From an uncultured Bacteroides sp. (GTDB taxonomy: Bacteria; Bacteroidota; Bacteroidia; Bacteroidales; GCA-2748055): 64,000 nucleotides of DNA. Numbering within the stretch: position 1 is the stretch's first letter; every line of letters begins with the position of its first letter. Location of the stretch: assembly GCA_964453785.1 (NCBI GenBank), contig CAYVRK010000007.1:57511-121510 (forward strand). Reading direction: 5' to 3'. Shown piece by piece: positions 54,757-61,783 of the stretch. The position numbers were made by a program, and so were the translations under genes. The notes under the pieces were generated by a model that saw nothing but the letters and a program-made list of their open reading frames with translations, was not told the DNA's origin and did no database searches.

Positions 54757-56520
54757 TTATATCAAAATCACAGCATCGAATTTACATTTCTCCAGGCAGG
54801 CTCCGCACTTGATACAGGTATCAGGGTTGATCAAATGCGGTTCCTTGCGTTCACCGGAAATGGCTCCCACAGGACATGCCCTTGCACAGGCCGTACAGCC
54901 GGTGCAGTTTTCCTCTATGATGAAATACTCCAGCAGGCCGGTACAAACCCCGGAAGGGCATTTTTTGTCCACCACGTGGGCCAGGTATTCATCAAGGAAA
55001 TTATCCATGGTGGAGAGTACCGGGTTGGGTGAACTTTGTCCAAGTCCGCACAGGGAAGTATCCTTGATCACTTCTCCCAGGTTGCGCAGGCGCACCAGGT
55101 CGCTCTCCTCACCCTTTCCTTCACAGATTCTTTCCAGCAGTTCGTGCAGTCTCTTGTTCCCAATCCGGCAGGGCGCACATTTTCCGCAGGACTCTTCCAC
55201 AGTAAAGTCTAGATAATACTTGGCAATGGATACCATGCAATCGTCCTCATCCATGATAATCATACCTCCCGAACCCATCATGGAACCATTGGCCACCAGA
55301 TTTTCATAATCAATGGGTGTATCCAGGTGCTTTTCTGTCAGGCATCCTCCTGACGGTCCTCCGGTCTGCACTGCCTTGAATTTCTTTCCATTCCTGATCC
55401 CGCCGCCAATCTCAAAAATCACTTCACGGAGGGTGGTTCCCATGGGTACCTCGATGAGCCCCACGTTGTTGATCTTGCCTGCCAGTGCAAATACCTTGGT
55501 CCCTTTGGAGGTCTTTGTTCCAATGCTGCTGAACCACGCTGCACCTTTCAGAATAATCACCGGTACATTGGCCAGGGTCTCCACATTGTTCACATTGGTA
55601 GGCTTGCCCAAATATCCGCTCTCTGCCGGGAATGGGGGTTTCAGTGTGGGCTCCCCCCTTTCACCCTCCATGGAGTGGATCAGGGCAGTCTCTTCACCAC
55701 ACACAAAAGCTCCGGCACCGTATTTCAGATCAATATCAAAATTAAATCCGGTACCCATGATATCCTTTCCAAGCAGACCATACGCTCTTGCCTGTGAGAT
55801 AGCAATCTTTAAACGTTCGATGGCCAGCGGGTACTCAGCCCGGATATAGATATATCCCATATCTGCTCCGATACACCGGCCCACAATGGCCATGGCTTCA
55901 AGGACCGAATGGGGGTCTCCTTCCAAAATGGACCGGTCCATAAAGGCCCCCGGGTCTCCCTCATCAGCATTACAGACTACATATTTCTGATCGGCTTCAT
56001 TTTTCCTTGCCAAATCCCACTTCAAACCGGTTGGGAAACCGGCACCTCCGCGACCCCTGAGCCCTGATGCCTTCATCAGTTCAATGGTCTCCTCAGGTAT
56101 CTGATTTGTCAGGACCTCCCCCAATGCCTGATAACCATCCCTGGCGATATACTCATCGATCGCTTCCGGATCAATCATTCCGCAATTGCGCAGGGCAATC
56201 CTGATCTGCTTTTTGTGTAAACGGGTTTCCGGTTCGGTATAGAGCAGGTGTTTTACCTTTCTTCCTTTGATTACATGCTCCTCCACGATCTCTTCTGCAT
56301 CCTCCGGTTTTACCTGTGTATAAAATGTATTATCCGGCATTACCTTCACAATGGGGCCTTTTTCGCAAAACCCGAAACAACCGGTCATGATGACCTGTAC
56401 AGTCTCCTCCAGTCCCTGTTTGGACAGCTCTTTGGTCAGCCTTTGGGCGATAAGATCGCTTTGCCGGGACTTACAGCCTGTACCTCCACAAACAAGCAAA
56501 TGCATGCTGTATTTTGACAT
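54757..56520 (-). CDS. NuoF-like flavoprotein subunit of [FeFe]-hydrogenase complex (HydB/HndC-type)
   Basis: 587 aa with an N-terminal thioredoxin-like 2Fe-2S region. NADH/FMN site (GLRGRGGAGFPTGLKW, NADEGDPGAF) and SLBB. N3 cluster (ESCGKCAPCR) and two C-terminal 4Fe-4S motifs (CTGCTACARACP, CIKCGACLEKC). Confidence 0.93.
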   Translation of the reverse strand: MSKYSMHLLVCGGTGCKSRQSDLIAQRLTKELSKQGLEETVQVIMTGCFGFCEKGPIVKVMPDNTFYTQVKPEDAEEIVEEHVIKGRKVKHLLYTEPETRLHKKQIRIALRNCGMIDPEAIDEYIARDGYQALGEVLTNQIPEETIELMKASGLRGRGGAGFPTGLKWDLARKNEADQKYVVCNADEGDPGAFMDRSILEGDPHSVLEAMAIVGRCIGADMGYIYIRAEYPLAIERLKIAISQARAYGLLGKDIMGTGFNFDIDLKYGAGAFVCGEETALIHSMEGERGEPTLKPPFPAESGYLGKPTNVNNVETLANVPVIILKGAAWFSSIGTKTSKGTKVFALAGKINNVGLIEVPMGTTLREVIFEIGGGIRNGKKFKAVQTGGPSGGCLTEKHLDTPIDYENLVANGSMMGSGGMIIMDEDDCMVSIAKYYLDFTVEESCGKCAPCRIGNKRLHELLERICEGKGEESDLVRLRNLGEVIKDTSLCGLGQSSPNPVLSTMDNFLDEYLAHVVDKKCPSGVCTGLLEYFIIEENCTGCTACARACPVGAISGERKEPHLINPDTCIKCGACLEKCKFDAVILI

Positions 56521-56533
56521 TTCAGTTCCTCCT

Positions 56534-56935
56534 TTATTCCTTTGATTCGATGGTTTCGTAGTTTACCGGGATGATTCCATTCACCAGTTCACCACCTTTG
56601 ATATATTTCTCAATGATCTCATCGGCTTTCGCCGGGTTCACCCCGCCGAAAACCACTGGTTCACTATCCGGCAGAGTCACCTCAATGGTAGGCTCAGCAT
56701 AACAATAGCCCATGCATCCTGTCCGGGTAACCAGGGCATCCACGCCGCGCTTTTCCAGTTCCTCAATCATAAATTCCATGGTATCCTTGGCACCCGATGC
56801 AATGCCGCATGTGGCCATAGCCACCTTCACAAGCACCAGATTTTCGGATGATTCACCCTTTTCCCGGGCCTGCAATCCTGTGATTTTTTCATCACGGATC
56901 TTTTTCAGATCAACCAGTGATTTGATTTTTTCCAT
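56534..56935 (-). CDS. thioredoxin-like [2Fe-2S] ferredoxin domain protein (HndB-like)
   Basis: 133 aa with Cys in MATCGIASGA and TGCMGYCYAEP. It is the first gene of the hydrogenase operon. Confidence 0.75.
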   Translation of the reverse strand: MEKIKSLVDLKKIRDEKITGLQAREKGESSENLVLVKVAMATCGIASGAKDTMEFMIEELEKRGVDALVTRTGCMGYCYAEPTIEVTLPDSEPVVFGGVNPAKADEIIEKYIKGGELVNGIIPVNYETIESKE

Positions 56936-57094
56936 CTTGGTTTAAAATTGATTTCCTGTTTCTAAATTTCCAATGAAATATCCATTTATTGTTATTCGTT
57001 TCACAGTAATAAGGCAAAAAAATTTTCAAGCTGTGATACAAAGATACAATAAACTTTATTTTCCCATTCTGGAAACTGGTTACAGGCATTAATG

Positions 57095-57102
57095 TATATT
57101 TG
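57095..57102 (+). promoter_or_regulatory. candidate -7 element (TATATTTG) for tag
   Basis: Matches TAnnTTTG, 39 nt upstream of the ATG at 57141. Confidence 0.35.
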
Positions 57103-57140
57103 TTCTAAATAACTTCGGAACGAAGCTTAACCGTGCCAAC

Positions 57141-57713
57141 ATGTGTGATGTGAATCGTTGTGAATGGAGCAAAACCCACCCTATCTATGTGGAATATCAC
57201 GACAAAGAATGGGGAGTCCCGGTCCAGAACGACAGAATACAGTTCGAATTCCTGGTACTGGAATCGGCCCAGGCCGGTTTAAGCTGGCTCACTATCCTGA
57301 AACGAAGAGAGGGATACCGGAGACTTTATGATAATTTCGATGCAGAAAAGGTGGCCCGCTATGATGAGGAACGAATCATGAAGATGCTATCCGATCCCGG
57401 CATCATCAGGAACCGAAAGAAAATCGAGGCATCCATCAACAATGCGCAACGCTTTCTGGAGATCAGGGAGGCGTTTGGAAGTTTCCGCAACTACCTGTGG
57501 GGATTCAACCAAGGCAGGCAGGTGGTGAATCAATTTACGCTACTCTCTCAGATTCCTGCCACATCCCCCTTGTCAGATTCCATCAGCAAAGACATGAAGA
57601 AGCGGGGATTCAAGTTCCTGGGCTCAACCATCCTTTATGCCCACCTCCAGGCCACCGGACTCATCAACGACCACCTTACCTCCTGTTTCCGCTACAGGGA
57701 ATGCATTGAGTAA
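57141..57713 (+). CDS. tag: DNA-3-methyladenine glycosylase I
   Basis: Begins RCEWSKTHPIYVEYHDKEWGVP. Contains FEFLVLESAQAGLSW and TGLINDHLTSCF. Confidence 0.93.
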   Translation: MCDVNRCEWSKTHPIYVEYHDKEWGVPVQNDRIQFEFLVLESAQAGLSWLTILKRREGYRRLYDNFDAEKVARYDEERIMKMLSDPGIIRNRKKIEASINNAQRFLEIREAFGSFRNYLWGFNQGRQVVNQFTLLSQIPATSPLSDSISKDMKKRGFKFLGSTILYAHLQATGLINDHLTSCFRYRECIE

Positions 57714-57747
57714 CGCTTGCAAAGCAAGCTACTAACTGCGAGCACAG

Positions 57748-58131
57748 CTATTTAAACAAATCTTCATCCCGGATCAGCATCAGTATGGCAGAATGAGGAA
57801 TGATCACATATTTTTCATTATTGAACTCTAGTTCATATCCACTGTTCTGAAGGTAGACAGCCAGATCTCCTTCCCTGGCTTGCAGTGGGACATATTTAAC
57901 CGCATCACCCTGATCTTTCCATGGCTCATCCTCATCCTGGATGGCAGGAATGGGATATCCGGGACCGACCTTTACCACATAACCGCTGTGGATCTTCTCC
58001 TTCTCCTGTACTCCCTGAGGAAGATATAAACCCGATTTGGTCCTGTCCTGTTGATTCTTTGGTTTGATCAACACCCGGTCACCCACCACAATGAACCTGT
58101 CAATGTTTTTCTCATCTATCTGCAAACCCAT
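57748..58131 (-). CDS. GroES (Cpn10) family protein, stand-alone long form
   Basis: 127 aa; contains VGDRVLIKP...KSGLYLPQG...GYVVKVGPG. Carries an acidic insertion (IQDEDEPWKDQGD). No groEL gene is adjacent. Confidence 0.65.
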   Translation of the reverse strand: MGLQIDEKNIDRFIVVGDRVLIKPKNQQDRTKSGLYLPQGVQEKEKIHSGYVVKVGPGYPIPAIQDEDEPWKDQGDAVKYVPLQAREGDLAVYLQNSGYELEFNNEKYVIIPHSAILMLIRDEDLFK

Positions 58132-58149
58132 GGCATATTGTCTTTCCTG

Positions 58150-58911
58150 TCAGAAATCAAGGTTACTCTTCAAGGCCTGCATTCCGCTCCTGCTCACGGG
58201 GACCTTATTCCCGTCCTTGAGAATCAAAATGAAATTGGTCTTTTCATAAGGTTCAATACGCTCAATGCAGCTAATATTTACTATGTACGAGCGGTGCACC
58301 CTCACAAACTGCTCCGAATCCAGGTGATTCTCAAAGTACTTCATGGTTTGCTGCTTCAGGTACTTTCCTTCATCCGCATAGATCATCACATAATCATCCT
58401 GGGCCTCCACGAAATTAATGTCATTTGTGGATATCACATGTATCTTTCCTGACTTTTTAATCACTACCCTGTGCAGTTTTTCCTCCCCTTCAGCCAGATG
58501 AATTCTAATCTTTTCTATTGCTGATTTACCCCCTGGTGAACCGGAGGTTTTATCAAGTCGGGACCTCAGCTTTGACAAGGCCTCCCCGAATCTTTCCCTG
58601 GAAAACGGCTTCAGAAGGTAATCCACTGCATTCTGCTCAAAAGCCTGAATGGCATACTGGTCAAATGCAGTTGTAAAGATCACCTCCGGTTGATGATCCA
58701 GAACCTCAAGCAACTCAAACCCGGTCAGCTTGGGCATCTGAACATCCAGAAAGATTGCATCGGGTTTCGCTTCATTGATCGCCTTTAATCCGTCAAAACC
58801 ATTGTCATACTCTCCCACTATTTCGATGGCAGGAAAGTCGGTCAGGTAAGCCTTCAGCAGGTCCCTGGCAGGTTTTTCATCTTCTACAATAATGGTGCGA
58901 ATTGTATTCAT
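58150..58911 (-). CDS. LytTR family response regulator
   Basis: Receiver domain (IIVEDEKPARDLL...DAIFLDVQMPKLTGFELL) plus a LytTR DNA-binding domain (FVRVHRSYIVNISCIERIE). The ATG overlaps the kinase stop (ATGA at 58908-58911). Confidence 0.9.
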   Translation of the reverse strand: MNTIRTIIVEDEKPARDLLKAYLTDFPAIEIVGEYDNGFDGLKAINEAKPDAIFLDVQMPKLTGFELLEVLDHQPEVIFTTAFDQYAIQAFEQNAVDYLLKPFSRERFGEALSKLRSRLDKTSGSPGGKSAIEKIRIHLAEGEEKLHRVVIKKSGKIHVISTNDINFVEAQDDYVMIYADEGKYLKQQTMKYFENHLDSEQFVRVHRSYIVNISCIERIEPYEKTNFILILKDGNKVPVSRSGMQALKSNLDF

Positions 58912-59969
58912 CGTTTTGTAAATATACGTGGAAATAAAATCGTTACCTCGAAATTCCCATCGGTTCCTTTCCAATGAACGGATCCCTGTCCCTCATATAC
59001 CAGGTCAATCCGTTGTTTGACATTCTGGAGCCCGACTCCGGTCCCCCGTCTGCTGGGTACAGAAGGGTCATAATTGTTGCTTATCACGGTTTTCATCACA
59101 TCATTTTCAGGGAAGCAGTCAAACTGGATGGTAACCGGCTCCGTGCTTTCATAAACACTGTGCTTGATGGCATTCTCAAACAGGGGCTGGAAGATCATGG
59201 TGGGAACAGGGAAAGATTCACAGGCCCCGTTGATACTGAATTCATAGCAGAGTTTCTCCCCAAATCTGATCTTCTCAATGGACAGGTAATCCTTCATATG
59301 GCCAATTTCCTCTTGAAGTGTGACAAACTCATTCTCCCTGTGCTTCAGGGAATATCTCAGAAAGTCGGAAAGCCTGATGATCATATCTCTTGCCTCATCT
59401 GGACTGGACATGGTCAGTGAAGAGATGGAATTCAAAGAATTGAACAGGAAATGGGGGTTGATCTGGGACTTCAACATGCTGAGTTCAGTTTCCCTCACCA
59501 GGTTTTTAAGCCTCTCCTCCTGTCGTGCCCGCTCCTGTAGTTTCTGGGCTGAAGAGGTAAGGTAGTAAACCAGAACCAGAACCAGGTAAACAAGGGCTCC
59601 AAGCATGCCCCTGAAGGCAAGTGACCTGTTGAGGAACGCAATGTAATCTACGTTTTGTGTGAATACCCCATTCAGGATTCCCACGCTCAGCAACAGCCAG
59701 GTAAACAATACCAGCATTGCAGCTGCTAAATGAGCTACAAGAGAATATACAGGCGTCTGCTTCTGAAAGGGGATATAACGGGTAGGATACCATGCCAGCA
59801 GCCCGAGAATTCCGAAAAGGAAATTTGAGATCAGGGGATCGGCGATGATCACCCCTATTGAGAACTCCTCGAAATACAAGTATATGACTCCTTGCAGGAC
59901 TGCAATCAACAGCCAAACAAAGGAGTAGATCAGAATTGACCTTCGTTTACCCGTAATTGGATGGCTCAT
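58908..59969 (-). CDS. sensor histidine kinase (LytS/YehU-type His_kinase domain)
   Basis: Four to five N-terminal TM helices, then the INPHFLFNSLNSI motif and a HATPase_c domain (GTGVGLQNVKQRIDLVY). Confidence 0.88.
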   Translation of the reverse strand: MSHPITGKRRSILIYSFVWLLIAVLQGVIYLYFEEFSIGVIIADPLISNFLFGILGLLAWYPTRYIPFQKQTPVYSLVAHLAAAMLVLFTWLLLSVGILNGVFTQNVDYIAFLNRSLAFRGMLGALVYLVLVLVYYLTSSAQKLQERARQEERLKNLVRETELSMLKSQINPHFLFNSLNSISSLTMSSPDEARDMIIRLSDFLRYSLKHRENEFVTLQEEIGHMKDYLSIEKIRFGEKLCYEFSINGACESFPVPTMIFQPLFENAIKHSVYESTEPVTIQFDCFPENDVMKTVISNNYDPSVPSRRGTGVGLQNVKQRIDLVYEGQGSVHWKGTDGNFEVTILFPRIFTKR

Positions 59970-59971
59970 CC

Positions 59972-60703
59972 TTAGAGAAAATTCACAATCTCACCGCCGC
60001 CAAATAGGGTTACTCCCGATATAACCAGCAACCTGTCCCGCTCTTTCTCTATCACCGACCTGGACCTTTTATCCGAGAATCCTCCAAATACAGAAGTCAG
60101 TTCGATTTTCACATCCCATCCGTCAGGAATGATGAATTTGGATCCACCGAAAATCATGATCACCTCCAGATACTGATTGCCTTGGGCCAGCCTGGCTTTG
60201 CTCATGTCATACTTTGACCCTCCGAAAATGTTGGTAATTTTACCGCCCTGGAAATTCTGGGAATGAATGACCCTGTCACCCCCTCCGAAAACGGCTACAT
60301 CGTCGAGGATGTCCTCACTCGATACTTTTTTTTTATGCCCGAAATAGGTACCGCTGCTTCCATGTCTTCTGGCCCCGAAAATGACAACCAGTCCCAGAAT
60401 AATTAGCATGCTAGGCCAGAAAAGTGAATGCCAGTAATAGGGCAGGTCAAGAACCTTGGGCAACAGGAAGAAGCCCCCGATGGCAATCAGGATTATTCCG
60501 GTTCCCTTGTTTTCCTTATTGGAAAGGAAAACCAGACCCAAAAAAATCAGCAGGGCCTGCCAGGTAAAAATAAAGTCTCTTAATCTCCACGGTACAATGT
60601 CCGCCATATCTGCAATCAGAAACAATCCCAGGAACATCAGTACAATGCCCAGCAAAAGGTGGGCTCTCCCTGACCTTTTGAAATTTTGTGTTTGCCTCTC
60701 CAT
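59972..60703 (-). CDS. LiaF-like membrane protein (DUF2154-type C-terminal domain)
   Basis: 243 aa with four TM helices. C-terminal repeated FGG(S/G) strands (IFGGSKYDM, MIFGGSKFIIP, SVFGGFSDK, TLFGGGEIVNF). Lies 2 nt upstream of the kinase gene. Confidence 0.7.
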   Translation of the reverse strand: MERQTQNFKRSGRAHLLLGIVLMFLGLFLIADMADIVPWRLRDFIFTWQALLIFLGLVFLSNKENKGTGIILIAIGGFFLLPKVLDLPYYWHSLFWPSMLIILGLVVIFGARRHGSSGTYFGHKKKVSSEDILDDVAVFGGGDRVIHSQNFQGGKITNIFGGSKYDMSKARLAQGNQYLEVIMIFGGSKFIIPDGWDVKIELTSVFGGFSDKRSRSVIEKERDRLLVISGVTLFGGGEIVNFL

Positions 60704-60726
60704 TTTCTTTAATGATTAATTTGGAT

Positions 60727-60734
60727 CAAATGTA
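60727..60734 (-). promoter_or_regulatory. candidate -7 element (TACATTTG on minus strand) for liaF-like/kinase/LytTR operon
   Basis: The plus strand reads CAAATGTA. Lies 24 nt upstream of the start at 60703. Confidence 0.35.
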
Positions 60735-60764
60735 AAACCGTTCAAGCAATATTGAAAAGGAAAT

Positions 60765-60787
60765 TCGGTAAACGGACTCATTTTACC
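60765..60787 (-). terminator. candidate terminator hairpin after porP/sprF
   Basis: Stem CGGTAAA / TTTACCG (7 bp, 9-nt loop). On the minus strand a T-rich tract follows. Confidence 0.4.
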
Positions 60788-60805
60788 GGCGAGTACCACA
60801 GACGA

Positions 60806-61780
60806 TTATCTTGTTAACCAGCGAAGCCTTCGTGTATGGTCACCCAGTTTGGCAATGAAGGTAAATTCATGGGTACCATAACTGCTTTTCATGATGCTGT
60901 TCAAACCGATGTCGAATGCGTACCCGAATACAAGCCGGTCCACACTTAGGCCGGCACCTACCACCAGCGTATTCCCGGTCCTGTAGGTAAGACCTCCCCA
61001 GAACATCTGCTTGTAATAAAATTTACCGCTGATATCTGCCTGTACTTTACCGTTCTCAGCTATTTTCAAATGGGTAGATGGAGTTATTGTATATTCATTT
61101 GTGACAAGGAAATCGTACCCGCCCATCAGGTGATAGTTTCGGCTCATGGTAAGCATATCATACCCGTCCCCGCCAAACTTAAGCGAGGACTCCAACAATT
61201 GATCCACAGAAAATCCGGCCCAGATAGTTCGTGAGGTGTAATATACTCCTACATCTGCATCCGGAATAAATACAGATTGATCCAGATTGTTAAACAGAGC
61301 ATCATCATCAGGAAATTCAAGTGAGATCCTCTCCTTATCAATCCTGTACTGATACCCAACCATTGAAAGTCCGAAGGAAAGCTGGGACTCATTAAGCTCC
61401 AGGTGATATGCATAGGTAATCCTGATCCCTGTGCGGTCCACTGCCCCGTTCCTGTGGTTAAAAATATAACCCCCCAGACCCACATGTCCGCCACTGAAAG
61501 GTGACTTGCTATTGCGCTTCACGTTTTTGGCTCTGGAAATATGACTTTCGCGCAAGAGTCTGGTCTGAAAACTTAAGGCATAGGTTGCAGGTCCATCCTG
61601 GAAGCCCACCCACTGCTCCCTGGCCGTCAGGTTAAAGGCAGAGTAACCTTCCGCACCTGCTACTGCCGGATTCATCAGAAAACCATTCAGTATGTACTGA
61701 CTGTATACGGGAGTTTGCTGGGAGTATCCCTTTGGCATAAATCCGCTTAAAATCAACGCTATATAAAAAAACCTCTTCAC
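60806..61780 (-). CDS. type IX secretion system membrane protein PorP/SprF
   Basis: 324 aa with a signal peptide. N-terminal signature QQTPVYSQYILNGFLMNPAVAGAEG. Beta-barrel-like protein that starts 3 nt after the upstream adhesin stop. Confidence 0.88.
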   Translation of the reverse strand: MKRFFYIALILSGFMPKGYSQQTPVYSQYILNGFLMNPAVAGAEGYSAFNLTAREQWVGFQDGPATYALSFQTRLLRESHISRAKNVKRNSKSPFSGGHVGLGGYIFNHRNGAVDRTGIRITYAYHLELNESQLSFGLSMVGYQYRIDKERISLEFPDDDALFNNLDQSVFIPDADVGVYYTSRTIWAGFSVDQLLESSLKFGGDGYDMLTMSRNYHLMGGYDFLVTNEYTITPSTHLKIAENGKVQADISGKFYYKQMFWGGLTYRTGNTLVVGAGLSVDRLVFGYAFDIGLNSIMKSSYGTHEFTFIAKLGDHTRRLRWLTR

Positions 61781-61783
61781 CCG

